A DNA stretch of 64,000 nucleotides from positions 74,402-138,401 of the forward strand of contig PBMR01000005.1 of the NCBI GenBank assembly GCA_002722735.1, given 5' to 3'. Positions 1 to 8,774 of this stretch are shown here, one piece after another. The position numbers and the translations under genes are program-made. This stretch comes from Methanobacteriota archaeon (lineage in GTDB: Archaea > Thermoplasmatota > Poseidoniia > Poseidoniales > Thalassarchaeaceae). The notes beneath the pieces are model-generated. The model made no database searches, was not told the origin of the DNA, and saw only the letters and a program-made list of their open reading frames with translations. Within the stretch, counting starts at the first letter, position 1. Each line of letters begins with the position of its first letter.

Positions 1-529
1 TAGGATAAGTCTGCATCATCTTCCATAGTAGAAGCAACGTTGCCCCTGCATCGGTGTCAGCCCTGTGAGACCTGTCTAGTCGGATGTTGAAACGATTGCA
101 CAGCCTTCCTAGCCTATGGCTGCCCGGAATAGCAAATCTCCTCGCGATTAGCAGCGTGTCTATAATCGCGTGGGGCCGTGGGACCTCGACCCCGATTCTC
201 ATGCACTCCATATTCACGAACCTCCAGTCGAAATTGATGATGTTGTGCCCCACGATGATGGACCCCTCCATCAAGGAAGCCATCTCAGCGATGTGATCCC
301 CAAATCCACCTTGGCCCCTGACGTCATCGTTCGTGATTCCATGCACCCTGACCGTCTCCTCGGGAATGCTAATCCCTGGATTCACTAATGACTGCAGGTT
401 GATGTGCGACCCATCCACATCACTGCCCACAAGTGCAAACTGAACCACCCTGTCCGACCTCGGATTGAAGCCTGTGGTCTCAAGGTCGAAGCCCAAGACG
501 CGATATCCGGACAGCATTCCCACAGCCAT
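1..529 (-). CDS. DEDDh 3'-5' exonuclease (DnaQ / Pol III epsilon-like); 3' end runs off the window start
   Basis: Absent from ORF track because there is no stop in the window. My minus-strand translation from ATG 529 (alternative 517) reads MAVGMLSGYRVLGFDLETTGFNPRSDRVVQFALV...VRVHGITNDDV...GHNIINFDWRF...SHRADTDA. ExoI (DxE), ExoII and ExoIII (Hx4D) motifs occur in order. Confidence 0.75.
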   Translation of the reverse strand, partial: MAVGMLSGYRVLGFDLETTGFNPRSDRVVQFALVGSDVDGSHINLQSLVNPGISIPEETVRVHGITNDDVRGQGGFGDHIAEMASLMEGSIIVGHNIINFDWRFVNMECMRIGVEVPRPHAIIDTLLIARRFAIPGSHRLGRLCNRFNIRLDRSHRADTDAGATLLLLWKMMQTYP

Positions 530-596
530 GCCCCTCCCCACACGACATCGTCCATCAACTATCTCAACGTGAGCATGACGCCACCCCGCACCCAAC

Positions 597-1799
597 ATGC
601 CTATGAGGGACCGTTTCGTACTGATAGCGATGAACATCGGCCCTCGGAGTGCTGCTGCTGTTATCGCAACCCTGCTACTGTGCCAGATGCTCACGGGGTG
701 CAGCGGGCTTGGACCCGGTAATCCGAGTGCCAGCATCTCAGCGGACACTGCCAGCATAAACGTCGGTGAGACGGTGAACTTCGATGCTAGGGACTCCACA
801 AGTCCCGAGCCCACCATCATCGACGAGTTCCGTTGGCACTTCGGCGATGGAGAGTCGAAGACGACCCATCAGGGCATCGTCAGCCACATGTTCAACCACG
901 CAGGGAACTACGAGATCCAAGTCATCGTTGTGAACGACGAGGGCTCCACGGACTCGGCGACCCTGAGCGTCTTTGTCAACGCCCCTCCCACAATCGTGCT
1001 CGAAATCCCCGACTTCATCAGAACTGGCGAAATGGCGACTCTCGATGCCGGCGACTCCACCGATCTCGAAGGCGGTGCATTGGAGTTCATGTGGGATTTC
1101 GATGCCGTCATCGATTCAAACGGCGATAGCGACCCCACCAACGACGCCGATTACATCGGGGCCATCGCCGAGTTGATGCTCACGGAGGCGGGGAACCACA
1201 CCGGCGCGATCACCGTAGTAGATGACAACGGCGCGACTGCGACTGCTCTCTGGACGCTGCGTGTAATCTCTCGTAATTTCAAGGTGGTATGGGAGGAGGC
1301 GCACGTCGACTACGAGTGGTCCGGGTATCTCGAGCAGGACTCCTCGCACGAGATTGAGCATATTCCCGGGGAGGGAGCTCGGATTATCCGAGTAATCGCA
1401 ACCCTAACCCTCGCAAGGGACCTGTTACCGATACAATGGCCAGAGGACAACTTCACGCTGGAACTGGACGTCCCTCTATCCGGTTGGAGGACCACGGTCA
1501 TCACCATTCACGACAACATTACCGAGAACGCTTCAGCGACCATCGAGATGGATGAGTTGAACGACTACCCGGAGTCGGGATATACGACGAACGCCGGATC
1601 CTCCGAGGCGCTCGCCTCCTCCCTGCTCGACCAGCCCGGGCAACGGTTCGGTCAAGGTGTCTGGGAGTGGACCATAACTGCTCTCGAATGTGACCCGGAC
1701 CTACCGATTGACGACATCGACCCGGACGAGGGTAACGATTGGAGACTGGAGGTCGAGTTCGTTGTGTTAATCCTCAGGATTAGTGAGATCGGAGTCTGA
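597..1799 (+). CDS. Secreted lipoprotein with two PKD domains
   Basis: Signal peptide with lipobox (LLLCQMLTGCSG). Two PKD-like repeats (VNFDARDS...FRWHFGDGES...HMFNHAGNYEIQVIVVNDEGSTDSATLSVFV, then FMWDFDA...GNHTGAITVVDDNGATA). Confidence 0.75.
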   Translation: MPMRDRFVLIAMNIGPRSAAAVIATLLLCQMLTGCSGLGPGNPSASISADTASINVGETVNFDARDSTSPEPTIIDEFRWHFGDGESKTTHQGIVSHMFNHAGNYEIQVIVVNDEGSTDSATLSVFVNAPPTIVLEIPDFIRTGEMATLDAGDSTDLEGGALEFMWDFDAVIDSNGDSDPTNDADYIGAIAELMLTEAGNHTGAITVVDDNGATATALWTLRVISRNFKVVWEEAHVDYEWSGYLEQDSSHEIEHIPGEGARIIRVIATLTLARDLLPIQWPEDNFTLELDVPLSGWRTTVITIHDNITENASATIEMDELNDYPESGYTTNAGSSEALASSLLDQPGQRFGQGVWEWTITALECDPDLPIDDIDPDEGNDWRLEVEFVVLILRISEIGV

Positions 1800-1851
1800 G
1801 TCCTCACATCCGGGTGCGAAGGCCTTTCAACCACCTGATAGTGGCGATGGC

Positions 1852-2202
1852 GTGGTCAAGTCGTTCGAGATTACCAAGGTATACATCCGCGACCGCTTAG
1901 TGGTGGATGCCAACGTGTGCATGTACAGTCCTCAGGACTTTGACTTCTCGCCTAGGGTGAACTTGGAGGGAAATACCCTGAGCCTGTCCAATGAGGGTGA
2001 CGCCGACTCTTCGTCCTTCGACCTCGACTCGGAGCAGATGGCCACCGTCGAGAAGGACAGGATGATGGAGCTCCGAGTCAAGCTCACCGTGCAGGGAATG
2101 CACGGGACCCTCATCCACAAGACGCCCAAGCCCCGTTCTGGGCCCAATGCGAAGAAGCTGGCAGAACCCAGGTGGAAGACACTCCTCCCAATAGTTCCCT
2201 GA
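1852..2202 (+). CDS. Hypothetical protein
   Basis: ORF 1783..2202 has G/C-rich third codon positions like neighbouring genes. A GTG at 1852 avoids overlap with the upstream gene. No recognisable motif. Confidence 0.45.
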   Translation: MVKSFEITKVYIRDRLVVDANVCMYSPQDFDFSPRVNLEGNTLSLSNEGDADSSSFDLDSEQMATVEKDRMMELRVKLTVQGMHGTLIHKTPKPRSGPNAKKLAEPRWKTLLPIVP

Positions 2203-2252
2203 ATATCGAAAACCGTCGGGATTAAGCACATGGCTCCGGTCGAAAAGACGCT

Positions 2253-2329
2253 GGACCCATAGTGTAGCCTGGATATCACATGAGCTTGCGGAGCTTGTAA
2301 CCCGTGTTCGAATCGCGGTGGGTCCGCCA
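2253..2329 (+). tRNA. tRNA-Arg (anticodon GCG), CCA encoded
   Basis: Hand-folded cloverleaf. Acceptor GGACCCA/TGGGTCC, anticodon stem TGAGC/GCTTG, loop TTGCGGA, T-arm CCGTG-TTCGAAT-CGCGG, discriminator G then CCA. Confidence 0.9.
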
Positions 2330-2382
2330 TTCAACTCCAGTGGAGCCTGCCCGTTGAAGAACGGACCGGTACGCGCAGGAGC

Positions 2383-3387
2383 ATGGCCGTGAGCGCCAGC
2401 ATCGCTGGGATTTGTGCCTGCCTCACCATCGCATGGGCCGCCAATCCCCTGATTGCTCGAATCAGCATGCTACCAAAGCCTCTGGGACATTTGCTGATTG
2501 GCATGGTGGCAGCAGCCGTCTGGCCCCTCTTGGCCGCTTCCATCCCTGGCTCCGAGCCCTCCACAGCCACACAGGCCGCCATGTCCTTCCTCACCGGCAG
2601 CCTCGGCCTCCTAGTCGTCTTCTCCGCAGGCCTCGCGCTCCCTTTCAAGCACCTCCGTGAGCGATGGCGCGAAGTCTCGAAGACGTCCCTCACGAAACTG
2701 ATACCCCCCCTATTGGTAATGCCCCCACTGGCGCTGCTACTCTGGCCCGATGCAGGCATGGGGGCTGTGGTAGCCGGACTCGCCCTCTCGGAGGTCTCAG
2801 TAGCAATCTCATGGAGCATGCTCGAAACCCATCGACGCATCGACACCCCACTGGCCAAGGATCTACTCGGAGTCACATTCATTGTCAACAGCACCATCGT
2901 CCTGCTCGTTCTCATCATGCTGCGCACGCCGACCGTACTGCTGACCCTGCTGGCCTTCTGTTTGGGCATAGCGCTGCATGATAGACTACCGTCCGAGGCT
3001 AGAGCCAAACTCCAGATGCTCATGCTTGTGGTGATAATCCCGGCCTTCTTCGTGCTCGCCGGTGCGCGCATTGAGTGGTCGGCAATCACCGACTCGTGGA
3101 ACTGGCTCGTTTTCCTGCTCGCTGCCGCAGCGACCAGACTCCCCTTTCCCATGCTGGGCGCAGGCAGAATTCTCGGGCATGGACCGGACGATGCAACCTA
3201 CTTCGAGGTACTGGCCGCAAGTCGCCTGACCTTCGCCGCCCTGATCATCTGGCTGGGAGTAGAGGCTGGAGCCATGTCCTCCGCACTCCTTTCCGAAGTG
3301 ACTATCATCGTCTCGTTGCTATCAGTGTCCTCTGCATCCGTAGCACACTATCTGCACCTACGCTCTTCTGCCCGACCTTTCAATTAG
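2383..3387 (+). CDS. Cation:proton antiporter-like membrane protein (CPA/Kef-NapA type, short)
   Basis: Polytopic and hydrophobic. N-terminal LPKPLGHLLIGMVAA resembles the CPA2 LPxxxGxLLAG motif. VVFSAGLALPFKHLRERW resembles the F-x-GLE-x-x-x-x-L segment. Confidence 0.55.
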   Translation: MAVSASIAGICACLTIAWAANPLIARISMLPKPLGHLLIGMVAAAVWPLLAASIPGSEPSTATQAAMSFLTGSLGLLVVFSAGLALPFKHLRERWREVSKTSLTKLIPPLLVMPPLALLLWPDAGMGAVVAGLALSEVSVAISWSMLETHRRIDTPLAKDLLGVTFIVNSTIVLLVLIMLRTPTVLLTLLAFCLGIALHDRLPSEARAKLQMLMLVVIIPAFFVLAGARIEWSAITDSWNWLVFLLAAAATRLPFPMLGAGRILGHGPDDATYFEVLAASRLTFAALIIWLGVEAGAMSSALLSEVTIIVSLLSVSSASVAHYLHLRSSARPFN

Positions 3388-3409
3388 GGAGAGTCCTTGG
3401 AAGTGCTAC

Positions 3410-3486
3410 GGACCCATGGTGTAGCCTGGATATCACTCTAGCCTCCGGAGCTGGAAACCCGTGTTCGAATCGCGGTGGGTCCGCCA
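3410..3486 (+). tRNA. tRNA-Arg (anticodon CCG), CCA encoded
   Basis: Same acceptor, D- and T-arms as the 2253 tRNA. Anticodon stem CTAGC/GCTGG, loop CTCCGGA. Confidence 0.9.
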
Positions 3487-3559
3487 TCATAGCCTTGAAG
3501 CGAGAGCACCTGAACGCGGAATCGTGGCATTCACCTCGCAGCGCCGTGTCGACTTCACG

Positions 3560-3943
3560 ATGGTCGATCTGGCCAAGATCATCCACTATCCCGACTTCTG
3601 GGACCTAGCCCACAGGTTTTACGAGGAGTCTTGGGAGTACTCTTGCGGGTTGCACTACAACGAGATTCTGAGCAAACATCAGATTGCATTCCCATTGGTC
3701 CATAGTGAAACCCTGTTCCTACATCCGATGGCATATGGCGACACGGTCCACTGCACCATCACAGTCCCCCACATCGGCAACACATCGATCACATGGGGGT
3801 ACGAGTTCCACAACCAAGACGGCGTGCTGTGCTGGAAATCAGAGCAGGTGACAGTTTGCACTGATATGATGGAGATTCAGAACAAGATCTTAGTCCCAGA
3901 CTGGATGCGAGAAGGCCTCTCCAAATTATCACCGGACGACTAG
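3560..3943 (+). CDS. Hotdog-fold acyl-CoA thioesterase (4HBT/YbgC-like)
   Basis: About 127 aa counted from ATG 3560; the longer ORF from 3461 overlaps the tRNA. Pattern ...IAFPLVHSETLFLHPMAYGDTVHCTITVPHIGNTSITWGYEF... is typical of 4HBT thioesterases. Confidence 0.6.
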   Translation: MVDLAKIIHYPDFWDLAHRFYEESWEYSCGLHYNEILSKHQIAFPLVHSETLFLHPMAYGDTVHCTITVPHIGNTSITWGYEFHNQDGVLCWKSEQVTVCTDMMEIQNKILVPDWMREGLSKLSPDD

Positions 3944-4335
3944 TTCCTCGGCCACTTCTTCTCCAATGATATGCGAAGAGAATCGTCAATAATCGCGTCC
4001 CACCAGTTAGCATCTCGCCAGATCGCGTACCTCCCCCGGATGCCGCGCAGGTCGGTTCCGTCCAAGCGCGCACCCTGTAGATTGGATAGCCCCAGTCTCG
4101 CTTTGACCAGACGAGCCCCCCTAAGGTCAGCGCCATCCAATGCGGCCTTCATCAGGTTCGCCTCCCTGAGCGAGGCATTGCGTAGATTGGCCCCCGAGAG
4201 GTCCGCTCCTTCGAGGTCAGCCCTGTCTAGAACGGCCCTACGCAGGTCAGCACCAACGAGATCTGCCTTCTTCAGGTCCTCGCCGATGTGGGAGGTGTAT
4301 GACCAGTCCACCGAATGCTCGGACACAGCGCTCAC
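3940..4335 (-). CDS. Pentapeptide-repeat protein
   Basis: Continuous A(D/N)LxX repeats: ADLVGADLRRAVLDRADLEGADLSGANLRNASLREANLMKAALDGADLRGARL... Confidence 0.85.
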   Translation of the reverse strand: MSAVSEHSVDWSYTSHIGEDLKKADLVGADLRRAVLDRADLEGADLSGANLRNASLREANLMKAALDGADLRGARLVKARLGLSNLQGARLDGTDLRGIRGRYAIWRDANWWDAIIDDSLRISLEKKWPRN

Positions 4336-4889
4336 CTGTTCAGGGAGAGACGATCGAGATGGTCCCTCCCAGCCTCTGTTAGAATCACGTAACCGTTCTT
4401 ACGTGGACGTCTGCGGGGGTGCTCGAGAAGCGGGGCACCGTGCCCGCCCGGGGAACCGCCTTTGAGCATCCTGTTGATGCTGAGTGTGATATTCCACTTC
4501 TTCACCTCGCTCTTAGGCCACTTCCTTGTCTCTTCTATCAGTTTCCTGAGATCCCTCGGCTGCGTGACACCCTCCTTCTCTACCGACCTCATGTACTGTA
4601 TCGCTGCGAGCACCACGTCAGCCTTCTTCTCGACTCCACAAGAGTCGAGCAGCCTAGCGAAGGCCGAGCCTCGGTCAGGGAAGCCGCTGCTACGAATGGC
4701 CTCAAGACTCTTTTCCAATGCCTCTTGGCGCGCTATCCTGACTCTAGATAGCGTGGAAGACCACGAATCCTGAGGCGTCACCCTGAGCCATCGATCGTTG
4801 GTTTCCCTCGTGTAATCGGATAGGTCAATCTCCTGCGAGCCCAGAACTAGGTACATCCTAGTGAGGTCCTTGGGAACACGGGCCGCCAT
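4332..4889 (-). CDS. Hypothetical protein, possible C-terminal winged-helix domain
   Basis: ORF runs to 5003, but ATG 4889 (MAARVPKDL) sits about 25 nt downstream of a TATA-like element. A 4-nt ATGA overlap with the pentapeptide gene suggests an operon. The C-terminus KNGYVILTEAGRDHLDRL looks wHTH-like. Confidence 0.5.
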   Translation of the reverse strand: MAARVPKDLTRMYLVLGSQEIDLSDYTRETNDRWLRVTPQDSWSSTLSRVRIARQEALEKSLEAIRSSGFPDRGSAFARLLDSCGVEKKADVVLAAIQYMRSVEKEGVTQPRDLRKLIEETRKWPKSEVKKWNITLSINRMLKGGSPGGHGAPLLEHPRRRPRKNGYVILTEAGRDHLDRLSLNR

Positions 4890-4910
4890 GATGGTGCCGC
4901 GGGTAGGTGG

Positions 4911-4942
4911 CTTATAGGTTAATTTTCTGTCACATTTATTAA
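4911..4942. promoter_or_regulatory. AT-rich divergent promoter region with TATA-like elements
   Basis: cttataggttaattttctgtcacatttattaa is the only AT-rich stretch between divergent starts 4889 (minus) and 5002 (plus). The minus-strand tataa lies about 25 nt from ATG 4889, which fits a leaderless mRNA. Confidence 0.35.
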
Positions 4943-5001
4943 CACAATATTCCACATCCAGAGGCCGTGAGATTGAAAACGCCCCCCCGCGAGGGTGAAT
5001 C

Positions 5002-5766
5002 ATGAGCCAAGATTCGAGCGATGGCTACCCGCTCGTACTCCACACGGAGGCTGACCCATCCAGCCTTGGAGGGACGGCGATATGCGGGTTCTCGACGGTT
5101 GGTTCCGTTGGTGTCATCGCGACCTCACATTTGATCAAGTCACTCGAACTCAGTCCGATGGGCACCGTGCTCCACCCTAATTTCCCGGCTGTGGCACTGA
5201 TCCACGACTCGGTGCCAAAGCACCCGGTCCGCGTCTACCAGGGCGATGGTATCGGGGTTTTCACCGCGGAGATTCAGTTCCCCGGTGAGCACGATGTCTA
5301 CTTCGCAAACACCGTTCTTGAATGGTTCACCAAAGGGGGCTTCGATCGACTGGTGGTAATCGACGGTGTCGTCAGCAACGACCTCGGTATCAAGGAGGAC
5401 AGCGAGCTCTGGGGCGTGGCATCCACGGGCATCGGGCGCAACCAACTGGACAACTCCGACATTCAACGAATCCAGCAGGGAGTGGTTGCTGGAATTGCTG
5501 GCTACCTCATCGCAGAGGGCGAGCGAAGGGGTCTGGACGTGACGGCACTGCTGGCCGAGTGCAATCCAATGTACCCGGATGCCAGGGCCGCGCTCATCGC
5601 TATTGAGGGGCTGAGCGATTTGATGGATTTGGAGATCCCCGTTAAGGGGCTTCTAGAGGACGCGAAGAATATTGAAGAGAGAGTCAGAGAGGCATTCGAG
5701 CGCGCGCAAGCGATGGCTCTCCCCCCACCCGACACCGACGATGATGACGTCCCGATGGTCTACTAG
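5002..5766 (+). CDS. PAC2-family proteasome assembly chaperone-like protein
   Basis: GFSTVGSVGVIATSHLIKSLEL...PAVALIHDSVPKHPVRVY...RLVVIDGV is the archaeal PAC2/DUF75 pattern. Acidic C-terminal tail. Confidence 0.65.
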   Translation: MSQDSSDGYPLVLHTEADPSSLGGTAICGFSTVGSVGVIATSHLIKSLELSPMGTVLHPNFPAVALIHDSVPKHPVRVYQGDGIGVFTAEIQFPGEHDVYFANTVLEWFTKGGFDRLVVIDGVVSNDLGIKEDSELWGVASTGIGRNQLDNSDIQRIQQGVVAGIAGYLIAEGERRGLDVTALLAECNPMYPDARAALIAIEGLSDLMDLEIPVKGLLEDAKNIEERVREAFERAQAMALPPPDTDDDDVPMVY

Positions 5767-5767
5767 G

Positions 5768-6331
5768 CTAGTAGAACGGGTTGGCTCCTGCCTCATGATC
5801 CGTGGCATCGATTACTTCGGTGACCTCGGGGACGCCATCTGTAATCATGACCTCGACGCCTTGCTTGAGAGTGACATCGACCATGCCGCAGCCTTGGCAT
5901 CCACCTCCGAACGCAATGATGGCCTTGCCATCATCGACCCCGAGCAGATCCACGTGCCCGCCATGCGAAGCCACAACGGGATTGACCTGCTCGGCAATGA
6001 CCTCTGCGACCGCCTTCGACAAATCGTCGATCCAAAGGGGATTGGGATTATCGAAGCTGAATCCACCACCCATCAGCGTCTCCTTGTAATCGAGTGTGGT
6101 ACCGTCAAGATAAGGGGCGCTGCGAGCACCCACCAAGACTGCCACGCCACTGACCTCGGCCCCTATATCATCCTCCTGAGCATCGCTCTTATCGACCAGT
6201 TGGAGATCATACTGGAAGCCTTTGGGCCCGCGACCGATGATATCCACTTTGAGGGCTAAATCACCTTCGTTCTCAGATTGCTCGGCGAATTGGTCGAGCA
6301 TCTCCTTGGCCTTCTCAGTAATCTTCAGCAT
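5768..6331 (-). CDS. nfuA: Fe-S cluster carrier, NfuA-like (IscA-like N-domain plus Nfu C-domain)
   Basis: C-terminal GGGCQGCGMVDVTLKQGVE (Nfu CxxC motif). N-terminal MLKITEKAKEML HesB/IscA-like fold. Confidence 0.75.
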   Translation of the reverse strand: MLKITEKAKEMLDQFAEQSENEGDLALKVDIIGRGPKGFQYDLQLVDKSDAQEDDIGAEVSGVAVLVGARSAPYLDGTTLDYKETLMGGGFSFDNPNPLWIDDLSKAVAEVIAEQVNPVVASHGGHVDLLGVDDGKAIIAFGGGCQGCGMVDVTLKQGVEVMITDGVPEVTEVIDATDHEAGANPFY

Positions 6332-6416
6332 CTAATCCACCCCACCCCGCACTCGCCCCCACTTCAACTGTTTGCTCCTCAGTCAACCTCTTCACTATCT
6401 ACCACCTCGTGGGGGT

Positions 6417-7415
6417 GTGATTCAGGACAGGTTGGGCAGACCCCTGAGAGACCTGAGAATCTCCGTTACCGACCGATGTAACTTCAGATGCAGGTATTGT
6501 ATGCCCCGGAATCGCTTCGGAGAGCATCACACGTTTCTTCCCCTTCGCGCCCAGTTATCGTTCGAAGAGATTGAAAGGTTCGTTCGTGCATGCCTTCCAT
6601 TGGGCTTGACCAAGGTCAGAATAACCGGCGGCGAGCCCCTTCTGAGACCCAACGTCCCCGCCCTAGTCCAACGACTCTCGGCCCTGGGCATTGAGATCGC
6701 TCTCACGACCAACGCCTCTCTCCTAAAGAAACAGGCACCGCTATTGGCGGAAGCAGGCCTGGACAGGGTGACAGTCAGTCTGGACGCACTCGACCCACAG
6801 ACTCACGCAAGCATGATCGATAGCGCCATACCCGTCGAGACCGTGCTCGAAGGTATCGAGGCCGCTCTCGAGAATGACCTCGGTCCGGTGAAGGTCAACT
6901 GTGTTGTCCAACGGGGCATCAACGAGTCCGAGGTCCCCGCCCTAGTCCACCACTTCCGAGGAACTGGCGTTATCGTCCGGTTCATCGAGTACATGGATGT
7001 GGGAAGGACTAACGGATGGAGCCCGGAACAGGTCATTCCCTCGATGAGCCTGCTCGGGGAGCTTCAGAGGGAGTTCGACCTCGTTCCCGCCGAACAAACT
7101 TCACCCAGCGACGTTGCGACGAGGTGGGCCCACTCCGATGGCTCGGGCGAGATAGGCTTCATCTCATCAGTATCAGAGCCGTTCTGTGGTGGATGCGTGC
7201 GAGCGCGACTATCCGCCGACGGGCATCTCTTCACATGCCTATTCGCCTCGGGGGGCCATGATCTCAGAGCAATAATTCACGATGACGGGGAAGTCGAGGA
7301 CATGACCAATGCCATTGTCGCGGTCTGGAGTCGAAGGATGGACATATACAGCGAGATGCGCTCATCAGACACCTCGTCCCTGCCCCGGATTGAGATGTCC
7401 TACATCGGGGGCTGA
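6417..7415 (+). CDS. moaA: GTP 3',8-cyclase MoaA (molybdenum cofactor biosynthesis, radical SAM)
   Basis: LRISVTDRCNFRCRYCMP radical-SAM cluster and C-terminal FCGGCVRARLSADGHLFTCLF. The ORF opens at 6372 (TTG). GTG 6417 gives the canonical N-terminus. Confidence 0.9.
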   Translation: MIQDRLGRPLRDLRISVTDRCNFRCRYCMPRNRFGEHHTFLPLRAQLSFEEIERFVRACLPLGLTKVRITGGEPLLRPNVPALVQRLSALGIEIALTTNASLLKKQAPLLAEAGLDRVTVSLDALDPQTHASMIDSAIPVETVLEGIEAALENDLGPVKVNCVVQRGINESEVPALVHHFRGTGVIVRFIEYMDVGRTNGWSPEQVIPSMSLLGELQREFDLVPAEQTSPSDVATRWAHSDGSGEIGFISSVSEPFCGGCVRARLSADGHLFTCLFASGGHDLRAIIHDDGEVEDMTNAIVAVWSRRMDIYSEMRSSDTSSLPRIEMSYIGG

Positions 7416-8755
7416 AGCGACCTAGCCGCATCTGCGATGTCCTCCCAGGGGGAATCGGTCCTGAACGACGGCCGTCCATAGTGAGTCAGCCCTGCCCTGT
7501 GCCCGGCCTCTCGCAGAGCCTCGACCATTCGTCTGGGGCTGGGCGGAGCGCCCACACCTAGCCAGGCGGCCAAATCGTCAACAACGATGTGATGGTGGGC
7601 ATCGATTACCCCCGCCTCCTCGCAAATGTTTCGAACGCTCCTAGCAACCCGCCTGCGTTCAAGCTCGAAGTCCCGCTCGGTCCAGCCCACGGGGTCGTCC
7701 TCTATGGTGGGGGGTCCGCAAATCCCGATTGCGCGCTCGGCGGTCATCGAGGACATGGCCGAGGCCTCACCCATGGCCCCGACCCAGAGCGGGCCGGAGA
7801 CTCTCGGATCATTGCGATCCAGTGGATAGTCTAGTGGGAGCAGGCAGGACATCGGCAACTGTCCGAGCGAGGTTCCGTGGTGCAGCCCAGAGGCCATCGA
7901 TGCCCCGACCTCCTCCTCCATGGGCGCATGTACCCTCCATCCCAGGTAACTCTCCACCCCGTTGGCCGCCTCCACGCTCCTGACGACCCGGGCGGAGACC
8001 CTGAGGTGATGCGAGTCCCATACCGAGAGCAACGGCTCGATTGCACGGTCATGTCGTGCTGCTGTTCTAGCCACCATCGCAAGCAAGACCCTCAGGCCCG
8101 AATCGTGTGCTAATCGATCAGTCCTGACGCGGGCGCCATAGCGCCTCAGAAGCGGCCTCCCAGACGAGCCCGTCAGAGCCGCGGTATCGGTCGCACTGAC
8201 CTCGACGACGCTGCTTCGGGCCAGAGACTGGATTACAGCGTCGATGAAGGGTACAGGCGACCCGTAGGGATCGAGATCGACCCAATGCCTGCCACTCTCG
8301 AGCACAACGCTCCTGAGATCACCCTCGACCGACGAGAGTCGACCGCAATCTTGAGTGGGGGGGAACTCCTCGTGCGACCCCGTGGCCCATGCGAGAGCAT
8401 CTGGAGAGAGGTCAATGATGGTGACACGCATCCGTTCGGCCAAGTCGGGAGGCAACTCGTTGAGCCACCTGCGTGCCCTCAGACCGGTCGCCGAGAGACC
8501 ATCTAGGGCGTATATGGCACCATCTCCCAGCAGACCCTCCTCGATCGCATGCCTCAGCAGGAGCACGCTGCGAGTCCTGCTTCCAGCCATAGCCGGGTTG
8601 TGAAAGACTGAGTTCGAGCCCTTGGCCCTTGGCCCTAGTCCCGTTGTCTCCGGCGCCTCTGGCAACCGCATCAGAGTACGGCCCTCGCGGTGTAAGACTC
8701 CCGGCCATCCGTCCGCTTCGCCCTTTGCCACGGTATGCGGAGGGGCCCATGCCAA
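7400..8755 (-). CDS. trm1: tRNA (guanine26-N2)-dimethyltransferase Trm1
   Basis: VFHNPAMAGSRTRSVLLL...DPYGSPVPFIDAVIQSL are Trm1 signature segments. Confidence 0.85.
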   Translation of the reverse strand: MAWAPPHTVAKGEADGWPGVLHREGRTLMRLPEAPETTGLGPRAKGSNSVFHNPAMAGSRTRSVLLLRHAIEEGLLGDGAIYALDGLSATGLRARRWLNELPPDLAERMRVTIIDLSPDALAWATGSHEEFPPTQDCGRLSSVEGDLRSVVLESGRHWVDLDPYGSPVPFIDAVIQSLARSSVVEVSATDTAALTGSSGRPLLRRYGARVRTDRLAHDSGLRVLLAMVARTAARHDRAIEPLLSVWDSHHLRVSARVVRSVEAANGVESYLGWRVHAPMEEEVGASMASGLHHGTSLGQLPMSCLLPLDYPLDRNDPRVSGPLWVGAMGEASAMSSMTAERAIGICGPPTIEDDPVGWTERDFELERRRVARSVRNICEEAGVIDAHHHIVVDDLAAWLGVGAPPSPRRMVEALREAGHRAGLTHYGRPSFRTDSPWEDIADAARSLQPPM

Positions 8756-8774
8756 AAGGCATTGACGAATGGAA

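Noticed and set aside
84-721. Plus-strand ORFs 84..296, 170..388 and 404..721
   Set aside because: They are antisense to, or overlap, a well-supported minus-strand DEDDh exonuclease gene. Their translations are low-complexity (P/H/S-rich) and carry no motifs.
1897-2334. Minus-strand ORFs 1897..2334 and 1932..2330 (and 3380..3586) beginning M(M)ADPPRFEHG
   Set aside because: Their N-termini are simply the reverse translation of the two tRNA-Arg genes. This is a typical tRNA-antisense artefact.
2331-3152. 273-aa minus-strand ORF
   Set aside because: It is fully antisense to the hydrophobic antiporter-like gene. It is Ser/Ala/Arg-rich with no domain pattern, as expected for a GC-rich antisense frame.
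2253-3486. tRNA-flanked segment as an integrated mobile element
   Set aside because: There is no integrase, no partial-tRNA att duplicate (both tRNAs are complete and have different anticodons), and only one housekeeping-type membrane gene lies between them.
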